NCBI GenBank assembly: GCA_964014485.1
Contig: CAXHAT010000030.1
Coordinates: forward strand, 1 to 51,040
Reading direction: 5' to 3'
Source: an uncultured Deferribacteres bacterium
GTDB taxonomy: Bacteria; Zhuqueibacterota; Zhuqueibacteria; Zhuqueibacterales; Geothermadaptataceae
DNA: 51,040 nucleotides
The position numbers and the translations under genes are program-made. Below, piece by piece: positions 11,101 to 19,018 of the stretch. Numbering within the stretch: position 1 is the stretch's first letter; every line of letters starts with the position of its first letter. The notes under the pieces are model-generated. The model worked only from the letters and a program-made list of their open reading frames with translations. It had not been told where the DNA came from and did no database searches.

Positions 11101-13170
11101 AACGCGAGCGATGAAGACGGCTTTAAAATCGAGCGGCATGCCGGCGACGGCAATTTCACCGAGATCGCCAGCGTTGGCGCGAACGTGACCGCGTTTAGCA
11201 GCACGGGGTTGAACGCGAGTACGACCTACACATTTCGCGTGCGTGCGCACAATGCCGGGGGAAATTCAGGTTACAGCAACGAAGTTTCGGCAACCACAGC
11301 CACGCCGCCCCCCTCCGCGCCGAGCAGTCTCAATGCAACGGCGAACGGCACAACGCAAATTGATTTGACCTGGACGGATAACTCGAACAACGAAGACGGT
11401 TTCAAAATCGAACGGCATTCCGGCGACGGCAATTTCGCCGAGATCGCCAGCGTCGGTGCGAACGTCGCGTCTTTTTCGGATACGGGATTGAATCCGAGCA
11501 CGACCTACACCTACCGCGTCCGTTCGTTCAACGCCAGCGGCAATTCCGGCTTTTCAAATGAAGCTTCGGCGACGACGGGAACGCCCGCTCCCGCCGCCCC
11601 GACGAGCCTGACCGCGACAGCAAACGGCGCGGAGCAGATCGATTTGAGCTGGACGGACAACGCGAACATTGAGGCAGGCTTCAAAATCGAGCGTCATGCC
11701 GGAGACGGCAATTTTGTTGAAATCGCGACGGTCGGTGCGAACGTGACCGCGTTTAGCAGCACGGGGTTGAGCGCGAGCACGACCTATACTTTCCGCGTGC
11801 GTGCGCACAACGCCGGCGGCAATTCAGGCTACAGCAACGAAGCTTCCGCGACAACCGCCGCGCCGCCGCCCGCCGCGCCGAGCAGTTTGGCGGCAACGGC
11901 GAACGGAACGAGCCAAATTGATCTCACCTGGACGGATAATTCGAACAACGAAGACGGCTTTAAAATCGAGCGGCATGCCGGCGACGGCAATTTCGCCGAG
12001 ATCGCCAGCGTCGGCGCGAACGTTGCGTCTTTTTCGGACGCCGGGTTGAATTCGAGCACGACTTACACCTACCGCGTCCGCTCGTTCAACGCCAGCGGCA
12101 ACTCCGGCTTTTCAAATGAAGCTTCGGCAACGACGGGAACGCCGATTCCCGCCGCGCCGACAAGTTTGACGGCAACGGCAAACGGCGCGGATCAAATCGA
12201 TTTGAGTTGGACGGACAACGCGAACAATGAAGACGGCTTCAAAATCGAGCGCCACGACGGGGACGGCAATTTCGTAGAAATCGCAAGCGTGAGCGCGGAC
12301 GTCGCTTCATACAACGACGCGGGATTGAGCGCCAACACAACTTACACCTACCGCGTTTTCGCGCACAACGCCGGCGGCAATTCCGGATTCAGCAACGAAG
12401 CTTCCGCGACGACGGAAGGCGATCCCGTCGATCCAAACATCAATCTTGGCTTGAACAAACCGATCACCGCGTCGAGCACGCACGCTTCATTTGTGGCGGC
12501 AAACGGCAACGACGGCAGCACCGGTTCGGCCTGGGGCACGCAAACCGGCGGCGGCGATGAATGGCTGCGCATCGATCTGGAAACGACGCAGACGGTTGGC
12601 CGCGCCATCGTGCGCTGGAGTTCGACCCGTTTCGCGACAAATTACCAATTCCAAATTTCCGACGACGACGTGAATTGGACGACGGTTCACACCACCAGCG
12701 CCGGGGCGTCCGGCTTTCAGGAGTTCCTGTTCACGGCAACAACGGCGCGCTACGTTCGCCTGCTGATGACGGCGTTTAATCAGAACCAGCTCGCGGTCGA
12801 AGAATTTGAAGTTTACGCTGGTGCGTCTGAGTCAGTTGGTAAACCGTTAACTGTAAACGGTGAGCTGAATCGATCTTCAGTTTACAGCTCACAGTTTACA
12901 GTTCACAGCTACGCGCTGCATCAAAATTATCCGAATCCGTTCAATCCGTCGACGACGATTGCGTTTGATTTGCCGGAAGATATCCAGGTGACGCTGGCGC
13001 TCTATGATTATTCCGGGCGGGAGGTTGTATCGCTTGTGCGAGGAGAGAATTTCCGCGCCGGACGGCACGAAATCCGTTTCAACGCCGGTGATTTGCATAG
13101 CGGCGTTTACATCATGGTTTTGCGCGCAGGGTCTTTTCAGCAAAGTCGCAAGCTCATTCTGATGAAGTAG
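5185..13170 (+). CDS. Giant secreted protein: putative SGNH-like N-domain, 19 FN3 repeats, 3 F5/8 type C (CBM32-like) domains, T9SS/FlgD-type C-terminal sorting domain
   Basis: Signal peptide; GPSN and DGVHP motifs; 19 IDLxWxDN...YTYRVRAxN repeats arranged 2+9+8; three N[LI][AG]LN...WLx[VI]D...A[RQ][YF]xR domains; terminal LHQNYPNPFNPSTTI...SGVYIMVL...KLILMK. Confidence 0.9.
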   Translation: MKCTRFLFISALNMRNVLALIYLVCLPAVLLGQNDCRDAVHDPANLKCVLDVNPTTFLPMTDGTAYISVTDATQTPYSTFLYPSNSNDMPALHRSKGQSIAAGIVPLDVNGNPDVVNGKIKIIAEGPSNQRDEMDKFFELHIDGNAALHPNLEFENLAVGSCDLVCWADGGPGAVDPQVQIAFVKHTNNRKQNQDGSPLQANGYFNTAADKSFPNHAQTTKSMLKTRILDLKIKYPNLKIVYLTSRSFGGWSCDPSNDQYREPVGYEEGFSVKWLVEDQTLGNDPDLAFEGANPQAPWIAWGPYLWDPATPQDHMKDDGVHPCETGQTVIADKWYDFLTNDNTAAPWFLDANIDAPSGLTAMLNGATTIDLSWTDNSNNEDGFTIERKEGNGAFVAIASVGAGVQTYIDSGLQESTSYTYRVRAFNAQETSSFSNEAAAATPGVPTAPENLIALAAANDQIDLSWTDNVGNEDNFKIERHSGDGNFVEIATTAANVSSYNDAGLTPGATYTYRVFAMNAQGNSGFTNEASATTPTQTACVPNGNNLALNQATTASSVDPPDNPEDATDGNSGTLWRSDDVNEGTPEWLKVDFGATVQVDSVFIGWESKDYAEVYEVQLSDDDLNWTTAVSATKSDEGDEIHTFALTSARYMRIWMTQNRKSTYKVYELEAYGCSGDVINAPAAPSALTATKNATTPDSRIDLVWTDNADNENGFKIERHNGDGNFVLIASVAAGVTTFSDFGLDDGTTYTYRLSAYNGAGDSGLSNEASASTDLLPPDAPSDFTAIANGVSQINLSWTDNADSEDGFKIERHGGDGNFVEIAAVGPDVTTYNDTGLSASTTFTYRIAAYNAAGNSVYAGPVSATTNDPPNPPAAPSTLTATAISDTQIDLTWTDNANNENGFKVERHAGDGNFVLIATLAANVTSYSNTGLSASTTYTYRIFAFNDDGDSGFSNEAAATTAPPPPPPAAPSGLTAIAASSSQIDLSWTDNSGDETGFKIERHAGDGNFAEIATVGADVTAFNDTGLNPSATYTYRVRAYNGGGDSGYSNSANATTFPPPPAAPSGLTAVAVSSSQIDLSWTDNSGDEDGFKIERHAGDGNFVEIATVGADVVSFNDSGLNPATTYTYQIRAHNASGNSAYAGPAAATTQPLPPADPANLAATANGASQIDLSWDDNSANEDGFKIERHAGDGNFAEIATVGAGVTSYNDTGLSASTSYTYRVRAHNTGGNSGYSNEASATTATPPPAAPSNLAATANGTSQIDLTWTDNSNDEDGFKIERHAGDGNFVEIANLGADVTSFNDSGLNPGTTYTYQIRAFNSGGNSTYDGPVSETTTPLPPADPDNLTATANGGFQVDLTWNDNANNEDGFSIERHDGDGSFAEIAVVGANVTSYNDTGLNSNATYTYRVRAFNNGGESNYAGPASATTTASPPDAPTALTATTIGSQQIDLAWTDNADNEDGFKIESHDGDGNFTEIAVVGANVTMYNDIGLTETTTYTYRVRAFNNDGDSNFSNEASATTDQGGCVPSDDNIALNQTTTVSSVDPPDNAENATDGDDNSLWRSDDVRAGTPEWLKVDFGQTATFDSVMIGFEDKDYAEVFEIQTSDDDANWTTVVSATKSDEGDEHFGFAPVSAQFVRIHMTQNRKSTYKIYEFEVFGCFGGGASQNPPSAPSGLNATANGVSQIDLAWFDNAGDESGFKIERHDGDGNFAEVAVVGTNSTSFNDTGLNPATTYTYRVRAYNMGGNSGYTNQSSATTATPAPDAPSGAAAVAVGSDRIDLTWVDNSDNEDGFKIERHDGDGNFVEIAGVGANVSAYNDLGLNSGATYTYRVRAHNVGGNSNYSNQAAATTDEVPPAAPSALSATANGTSQIDLSWADNANNEDGFKIERHAGDGNFVEIATVGANVSSFNNSGLSASTTYTYRVRAHNAAGNSNYSNEAAATTEDPPTPPAAPTSLTATANGASQIDLSWTDNASDEDGFKIERHAGDGNFTEIASVGANVTAFSSTGLNASTTYTFRVRAHNAGGNSGYSNEVSATTATPPPSAPSSLNATANGTTQIDLTWTDNSNNEDGFKIERHSGDGNFAEIASVGANVASFSDTGLNPSTTYTYRVRSFNASGNSGFSNEASATTGTPAPAAPTSLTATANGAEQIDLSWTDNANIEAGFKIERHAGDGNFVEIATVGANVTAFSSTGLSASTTYTFRVRAHNAGGNSGYSNEASATTAAPPPAAPSSLAATANGTSQIDLTWTDNSNNEDGFKIERHAGDGNFAEIASVGANVASFSDAGLNSSTTYTYRVRSFNASGNSGFSNEASATTGTPIPAAPTSLTATANGADQIDLSWTDNANNEDGFKIERHDGDGNFVEIASVSADVASYNDAGLSANTTYTYRVFAHNAGGNSGFSNEASATTEGDPVDPNINLGLNKPITASSTHASFVAANGNDGSTGSAWGTQTGGGDEWLRIDLETTQTVGRAIVRWSSTRFATNYQFQISDDDVNWTTVHTTSAGASGFQEFLFTATTARYVRLLMTAFNQNQLAVEEFEVYAGASESVGKPLTVNGELNRSSVYSSQFTVHSYALHQNYPNPFNPSTTIAFDLPEDIQVTLALYDYSGREVVSLVRGENFRAGRHEIRFNAGDLHSGVYIMVLRAGSFQQSRKLILMK
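12837..12908. repeat. Inverted heptamer array (CTGTAAA-like x4 / TTTACAG-like x4) inside the CDS
   Basis: TGGTAAA CCGTTAA CTGTAAA CGGTGAG CTGAA ... TTCAG TTTACAG CTCACAG TTTACAG TTCACAG. Confidence 0.75.
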
Positions 13171-13469
13171 GTGCGAAAGTTTTTGATGCGCTTGGCGTTT
13201 TGAGAATGTCAGGCGCGTTTTCAAATGAAAAATTTCGCTCGCTTCATATTTCTCGCTGGACATTTTGCTTTCAATTTTTATCTTTCACCGGACGTTAGGA
13301 CGCGTCCGACGACTTGGAAGAAACGCTTTTCAAACGGAGCAGCTTCTCTTTTCAGGATTGATGCGGGAGTCGGAAACACACCATACGAAATCCCATCTTT
13401 CGTTTATAAAAGATTTTGAAGATTGCTCGTGAATGAATCGATGATGTTGTCTGCCTCAAGGATGAGCTG

Positions 13470-15479
13470 ATGAGAGATGAGATTAAACCGCAAGAACGAC
13501 TTCTTGGGGAGCTAGAAAAATTCAAGCTGCGCGTTAAGGAACTTGAAGCTGCTGAAACTGAGCGAAAAAAATCGGAGGCCGCGCTCAGAAAAAGCGAATC
13601 CCGCCTGCGCGATATTATCCATGATCAAACAGAGCTTATTTGCCGCTTTCATCCGGATCGTACGATCTCTTTTGCGAATGACGCTTACTGCGAATATTTC
13701 GGTAAAAAGTCGGGAGACGTCATCGGCAGTCGCTTTGCGCAAAACATACCGGAGGAAGACGGCGCACGGTTGGAAGCGCATCTGAACGCACTTTCTCCCA
13801 AGAGCAATGTCACCACGCTTGAACACCGCGTACTCACGCCGAACGGTGATGCGCGGTGGCAGAAATGGAGCTACCGCGCAAAATTCAAAAACGGCGAATT
13901 CCTGGGCGTTCAAGCCGTCGGGCATGATATTTCCAAGCGGAAGGATTCGGAAATCGCATTGCAGGAGAGCGAAGAACGTTACCGCGGCTTGTTTGAAGAC
14001 GCACCGATTTCGCTCTGGGAAGAAGATTTTTCCGAGATAAAAACCTATCTCACAGAGTTGAAAAATTCAGGCGTGAATGATTTTCGCGCTTATTTCGAGA
14101 GTCGCCCGCAAGAGGTGCGCGAGTGCGCAGAAAAAATTCGCATCCTCGACGTCAACAAAGCGACCTTGAAAATGCTAAAAGCGGAGAGCAAGGAGCAACT
14201 CCTCGGCAATTTGAAAGGCATTTTTCGCGAAGAGTCTTACGAAATGTTGCGAGAGGAATTGATCTCTCTCGCGGAGGGGCACGACGTTTTCGAGCGCGAG
14301 GCGTTGAATCAAACGCTTTTAGGCAATACGATCAATACAAAAATCAAGCTTTCAATCGCGCCGAATTATGAGAAAACCTGGTCAAAAGTTTTTGTTTCGT
14401 TTGAGGATATTACTGACCAGAAAGTGGCCGAAAAGGCGCTGCGTGAAAGCGAGGAGCGTTATCGCGGATTGATCGAATCTTCCCCGGAAGCCGTTTTCGT
14501 GCATCAGGACGGCAAGCTGGTGTTCATGAATCTGGTCGGTCTGCGAATGCTGGGTTATGATTCCGTCGAAGTGATCAATCATCTTGGTTTCAACTCGCTT
14601 TTTGAGCGTAAGGATGATAATGACGTTGCAAAATTTATAGCCGAAGGATCGGAAAACGAAGTTTCGCCCTTGCTCGAATGTCGGCTAATTCGTAAAGATC
14701 ACTCTATCGTTGACGTCGAAATCAAGCTTATTTTCTGCAGTTACGAAGGCCGTTCGGCAGTGCAAGGCGTTGCACGAGACATTACTGAAACCAAGAATCT
14801 CAGGCGCTTGGCGGCAAGAATGGAACGTTTGGCCGCGCTTGGAGAAATTGCCGCGACGATTTCACACGAAATCCGAAATCCGCTGGGTTCAATCGGCTTG
14901 TATTTCAATTCGCTCAAAAGCCGCTTGATCCATGATGAAAAATATACAAAAGCGTTCAAAAACATCGAGCACGGCATTTCGCGAATCCAAAATATTATCA
15001 AAGGCGTTCTTGACTTCGCCCGCCCCAACCCGCCGGCTTTGAAGCAGCGCACCGTTCACAAGGTTCTCGACAGCAGCTTACGCTCCGTACAACATGACCT
15101 GGAGGCCGCGAACGTAAAATTGATAAAAAGCTATGCGGAAGATTTACCTGACGTTCTGATCGACGCCAACCAGATCGTTCAAGTTTTCGTCAATCTGTTT
15201 TTGAACGCAAAGGACGCCATGAATGGCGGAGGCGCGCTGACAGTCACCACGACGCGGACTTTTGACGCCGTCAAAATAACGATTGAGGATACCGGAAAGG
15301 GAATTGAGCCGGAGAATCTCGAAAAAATCTTCAATCCGTTTTTTACCACAAAGACCGAGGGAACCGGGCTTGGAATGGCCGTTGTCTCACGAATTTTGGA
15401 GCAGCACGAAGCCCAGATTTACGTAGAAAACAAGGCTGGAGGCGGCGCCAAATTTGCAATTTTGTTTCCAATCGTTTAA
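13470..15479 (+). CDS. Cytoplasmic multi-PAS sensor histidine kinase (NtrB-like)
   Basis: Three PAS/PAC segments; H-box ISHEIRNPL, N-box QVFVNLFLNAKDAM, DTGKGI, FNPFFTTK, GTGLGM. No transmembrane helix evident. Confidence 0.95.
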   Translation: MRDEIKPQERLLGELEKFKLRVKELEAAETERKKSEAALRKSESRLRDIIHDQTELICRFHPDRTISFANDAYCEYFGKKSGDVIGSRFAQNIPEEDGARLEAHLNALSPKSNVTTLEHRVLTPNGDARWQKWSYRAKFKNGEFLGVQAVGHDISKRKDSEIALQESEERYRGLFEDAPISLWEEDFSEIKTYLTELKNSGVNDFRAYFESRPQEVRECAEKIRILDVNKATLKMLKAESKEQLLGNLKGIFREESYEMLREELISLAEGHDVFEREALNQTLLGNTINTKIKLSIAPNYEKTWSKVFVSFEDITDQKVAEKALRESEERYRGLIESSPEAVFVHQDGKLVFMNLVGLRMLGYDSVEVINHLGFNSLFERKDDNDVAKFIAEGSENEVSPLLECRLIRKDHSIVDVEIKLIFCSYEGRSAVQGVARDITETKNLRRLAARMERLAALGEIAATISHEIRNPLGSIGLYFNSLKSRLIHDEKYTKAFKNIEHGISRIQNIIKGVLDFARPNPPALKQRTVHKVLDSSLRSVQHDLEAANVKLIKSYAEDLPDVLIDANQIVQVFVNLFLNAKDAMNGGGALTVTTTRTFDAVKITIEDTGKGIEPENLEKIFNPFFTTKTEGTGLGMAVVSRILEQHEAQIYVENKAGGGAKFAILFPIV

Positions 15480-15513
15480 GTGTATTTCTTTTTTTAAACA
15501 ACAGTGATTTGAT

Positions 15514-16884
15514 ATGAAAAAACAACACAGGAAAACCATCCTTCTCGTTGAGGATGACGAGCTGCATCAGGAAGCCATAAAGGATTTTTTGGGCGAACAT
15601 TACGACATTCAGCCTGCGGGCTCCGCTGAAGAAGCGCAGCGCTTGCTGAACGAAATTTTGCCGGACCTCATTTTGATGGACATCAATCTTCCCGGCATTG
15701 ACGGCGTTGACATGCTCAAAAAAACCAAGAAAAGGCTGCCGAACGTGCCGGTGGTGATGATGACGGCGGTCGATCATATTCCAACAGTCGTTGAGTGCAT
15801 GAGAATCGGCGCTTTCGATTATTTGGCGAAGCCTATCAATGCAGAAGAATTGATGGTGACCGTGCCGCGCGCTTTCGAATCCGCGGACATGAAACGCGAG
15901 CTAGACCAGCGCCGCCGCATTCAGCTCGATAAAAACAAAGAGCATCAATTTATCGGCAAAAGCCGCGCGCTGAACAAGATTCGGAAAGAAATCCAGGCGA
16001 TTGGGCGCACGGCTGTGAATGTGTTGATCGAAGGCGAGTCGGGCACGGGCAAAGAACTTGTCGCGCGCGAAATCCATGCTAGCAGTCCGCGTGCAAACAA
16101 GCCGTTTGTCGCATTGAATTGCGGCGCGATCTCGAAGGAATTGATCGAGTCGGAGCTTTTCGGGCACAAAAAAGGCGCATTCACCAGCGCGCACAAAGAC
16201 CAAATCGGAAAATTTGAACTGGCGAATCATGGCACGCTCGTTTTGGACGAAGTCAGCGAATTGCCGCTGGAAGCGCAGATTAAATTGTTGCGCGTTTTGG
16301 AAGAGCATGAATTTTACCCGGTCGGCAGCTCACAGCTTAAACGCGTTGACGTACATATCGTGGCTTGCAGCAACAGGGATTTGGCGGCGATGGTGCAGGA
16401 AAATTCATTTCGCGAGGATTTGTATTTTCGCCTGAACGTCGTTTCTATTCTCATTCCGCCGCTGCGCGAACGCCCTGAAGATATTGTCACGATTGCCGAA
16501 CATTTTATTCAGCAGTACAACCAGCGCTTCGGCAAGAATTTCAAGGGCCTCAGCCCCGAAGCCAGAAGCATCATGCAAAAACACCCCTGGAAGGGAAACG
16601 GCCGGGAATTGCGAAATACAATAGAACGAATCACGATTTTCGAAGACGATGAGTTCATCCAGCCTGAACATCTGCATTTTATTCAAAATCACCGGTTGGT
16701 CGCGAAAGCGTCTTCAGACCCGTTCCAATTGACCGAAGACGGCATCGACTTGGAAGAAGTGGAAAAATCCCTGCTAAAACAAGCGCTTGAGCTTTCCAAA
16801 TTCAATAAAACCAAAGCCGCAAAGCTGCTAAATCTGTCCCCGCCGACTCTGTATTATCGTTTGGAAAAATATGGTATGAAGTGA
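15514..16884 (+). CDS. Sigma54-dependent response regulator (NtrC family)
   Basis: Receiver domain (LLVEDD, LMDINLP, K), AAA+ GESGTGKE, ESELFGHKKGAFTSA, FREDLYFRLNV, WKGNGREL, C-terminal Fis-type HTH. Confidence 0.96.
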   Translation: MKKQHRKTILLVEDDELHQEAIKDFLGEHYDIQPAGSAEEAQRLLNEILPDLILMDINLPGIDGVDMLKKTKKRLPNVPVVMMTAVDHIPTVVECMRIGAFDYLAKPINAEELMVTVPRAFESADMKRELDQRRRIQLDKNKEHQFIGKSRALNKIRKEIQAIGRTAVNVLIEGESGTGKELVAREIHASSPRANKPFVALNCGAISKELIESELFGHKKGAFTSAHKDQIGKFELANHGTLVLDEVSELPLEAQIKLLRVLEEHEFYPVGSSQLKRVDVHIVACSNRDLAAMVQENSFREDLYFRLNVVSILIPPLRERPEDIVTIAEHFIQQYNQRFGKNFKGLSPEARSIMQKHPWKGNGRELRNTIERITIFEDDEFIQPEHLHFIQNHRLVAKASSDPFQLTEDGIDLEEVEKSLLKQALELSKFNKTKAAKLLNLSPPTLYYRLEKYGMK

Positions 16885-16916
16885 CCACATTCCTTGCCTT
16901 CATGAGTGAAAAGCAG

Positions 16917-16989
16917 ATGCTGAATCAGTGATTGCCAACTTCATGATTTGACAAGTTATCTTGTCATGATATCATGAACTTCTCAGCAT
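16917..16989. promoter_or_regulatory. Nested inverted repeat; candidate enhancer-binding site or terminator
   Basis: ATGCTGA...TTCATGAT-TGACAAG-ttat-CTTGTCA-ATCATGAA...TCAGCAT, about 120-190 bp upstream of a sigma54-like box. Confidence 0.4.
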
Positions 16990-17105
16990 ATCATCAGACT
17001 TTTTCCCGCCTTCTTCGCTCCCGCGAGAAGAGAGTTGTCTCAAAGAACGTTAGAATTTAGTCTAAAGCCCGAGCATTCAGGCAAAATGTCTCGCTGATTT
17101 TTGCG

Positions 17106-17120
17106 TGGCACATGAATTGA
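17106..17120 (+). promoter_or_regulatory. Putative sigma54 (-24/-12) promoter
   Basis: TGGCACATGAATTGA matches TGGCAC-N5-TTGC spacing with C>A at -12, and lies just downstream of an NtrC-family gene. Confidence 0.5.
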
Positions 17121-17240
17121 GACGTGAGACTCTAATCAGCGCGATGCTCTCACACCTCGCCTAAAGTCCCCACCTTTTCCTGACGGAAACGCCTGCTGAT
17201 CATTCTAATACTGTTGCTTGACTTATTGGAGTCGTAAAAA

Positions 17241-17543
17241 ATGAGACACGGTATTATTAATGGGGTTCTCGGCGTATGGCTCATGTTGTCCGGCATGGAA
17301 GCAAGCCTGCATACCAAAGCAAATTATATCATTCCCGGCGTCATAATTATTTGTCTCGCCCTTTTCGTTCACAAGGCGTGGCAAAAAACCTTCATGCTTG
17401 TCATTGGCCTATGGCTTGTCGCCGCCGTTTTGAACCCAACGCTGATGAATCCGGACAATTTGCTCGCGGTCGGCGCTATTGCCGCTTTATTTGGAGTTTC
17501 AACTGAATTTGAAGCTCCGCGCCGAAAACAATTAAGATTCTAA
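17241..17543 (+). CDS. Small four-TM membrane protein (SPW-repeat-like)
   Basis: RBS GGAG; duplicated GxWL helices (LGVWLMLS / IGLWLVAA), each followed by N...G. Confidence 0.7.
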   Translation: MRHGIINGVLGVWLMLSGMEASLHTKANYIIPGVIIICLALFVHKAWQKTFMLVIGLWLVAAVLNPTLMNPDNLLAVGAIAALFGVSTEFEAPRRKQLRF

Positions 17544-17574
17544 CGATTATTGCAAACCCAAAGGAGGTCTATAC

Positions 17575-17931
17575 ATGGTTATCCCGCTCACCATGAAAGG
17601 TCAAGCGGAAGCTTTTGATGAATTGGCGAATATTCTCCACATCCGGCGAGAAAACATCACCTCGCTCATGGCGGAGAAAAAACATCCGTTGCCTTTGCCG
17701 CCGACTGAGAATAGAACAGAGACGTTCGTTTTTGATTCGCAATACCTGGAAAAACTCTGCCAGTGGGCGCATGTGGAAAAAGAAAAGCCGACGCTTAAAC
17801 GCGCTTTCAAGCCCGACTTCGCCACAATTGAAACTGAGATCAGACGCTTTCTCAAACAAGAAAATCAGCAAACGGAATGGCACGTGGAAGAAGCCATTGG
17901 GAACGCGCCGCCAGGTTATTTTCTCGGATAG
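17575..17931 (+). CDS. Hypothetical protein
   Basis: Strong RBS AAGGAGG, 118-aa ORF, co-oriented with neighbours. Confidence 0.6.
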   Translation: MVIPLTMKGQAEAFDELANILHIRRENITSLMAEKKHPLPLPPTENRTETFVFDSQYLEKLCQWAHVEKEKPTLKRAFKPDFATIETEIRRFLKQENQQTEWHVEEAIGNAPPGYFLG

Positions 17932-18081
17932 GGAGGTCAAGAATAGTGTGCAAACTTGAAAGCACGAAGTCGTGGTTTCAAGCAAGCCCATTTTCTGAAG
18001 CGCCGTTAACCAGGCAATTGTTCGCTGACAAAGTTTTGGTTCAGGAAGAATTCAGAAACTTCAAGAAACGGAAAGGAGAGA

Positions 18082-18468
18082 ATGGCACGAATCCTATTTA
18101 TCGGAGACGACAAGGAAAACGAGGCGACTCAGTTTGAATGGCTAAAAGAAGACGGACACCAGATTGTTTTGGCCCAGGACGGCGAACAAGCGTTGCAGCT
18201 TCTGACAATTGTTCCCGTCGATCTTGTCGTGACCAATTCTGAGCAGCACGTCGGTCCCATGCCGGATTATTTGCAGGAAATGCTGGTCAGGCATCGTCAT
18301 CTGAAAGTAATTTTGCTGACGGGAGACCGTCGCCGACAAGAGAATACGGAGGCTTGGTGCGAAGGTCGCCTGTGGAACCGAACGACCGATGAGCTCAATT
18401 TCGCACTCTCGGTATTTACGCTATTAAGCGCGTCACAAACATTGCGTTACGCGGAAGTTCACCGTTGA
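18082..18468 (+). CDS. Stand-alone degenerate receiver-domain protein
   Basis: RBS AGGAG. The CheY-like pattern MARILFIGDD...AQDGEQAL...VDLVVTN has Asn at the phosphoacceptor Asp position. Confidence 0.75.
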   Translation: MARILFIGDDKENEATQFEWLKEDGHQIVLAQDGEQALQLLTIVPVDLVVTNSEQHVGPMPDYLQEMLVRHRHLKVILLTGDRRRQENTEAWCEGRLWNRTTDELNFALSVFTLLSASQTLRYAEVHR

Positions 18469-18864
18469 TCACAAACAAAAAATTCCTTCCTCTCATAATT
18501 CATCTCTCGCATCTCTGAACCATGGATGGTTGACAACATCTTTGTGCAGGCAGGGCTTACATGGACGTTAGGCTGTCTGCAATCCTTTTTCTGCATTCAT
18601 TCCTCCCGCTAAAAGAACACATTTCTCAAACCGCAGATCGCTCCAAATATCATAGCGATTCTCAAAAGTCTTGTCCGGCAATTTTTCTTTCCAGTTCTTT
18701 TTCAATTTCAAAACTATTCGCTGTTTGCCGTTAGCATTTGGCCAAAAGCCTCTCGAAACCGAGCGCACTTTTGTCGAAGAACTGAACTCTCTCATAGAAC
18801 ATGGCTTTTGAAAATCAAATTGAGCGACAATTTTTTGAATTATTTTTTCGAGTCTAGGTTAGGC

Positions 18865-18904
18865 AAAAAAAGAGACCGATCCAGCACCCTTTGGATCGGT
18901 CTCT
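18865..18904 (-). terminator. Rho-independent terminator downstream of the HAD gene
   Basis: 13-bp perfect stem AGAGACCGATCCA/TGGATCGGTCTCT followed by a T-tract on the minus strand. Confidence 0.85.
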
Positions 18905-19018
18905 AGGGGGTGATGACAGGAATTTGCCAGGAGGAAAAAGCTGTGAAAGCTTTGACGATTACAACTCGCTCAAATCTTCTTTTATTCCGAAATAATAGCG
19001 TTGTTTTGAGAAGGGACG

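Noticed and set aside
6240..12420. Regularly spaced ~280-bp DNA repeats resembling an array
   Set aside because: They are in-frame FN3 coding repeats with synonymous variation, not CRISPR repeats with spacers; there are no cas genes.
5567..12779. Many antisense and alternative-frame ORFs in the ORF track
   Set aside because: Shadows of the GC3-rich repetitive CDS; they recur with the FN3 period and have no independent motifs.
18568..18795. 75-aa minus-strand ORF
   Set aside because: No RBS or motif, and it lies downstream of a terminator in an AT-rich convergent gap.
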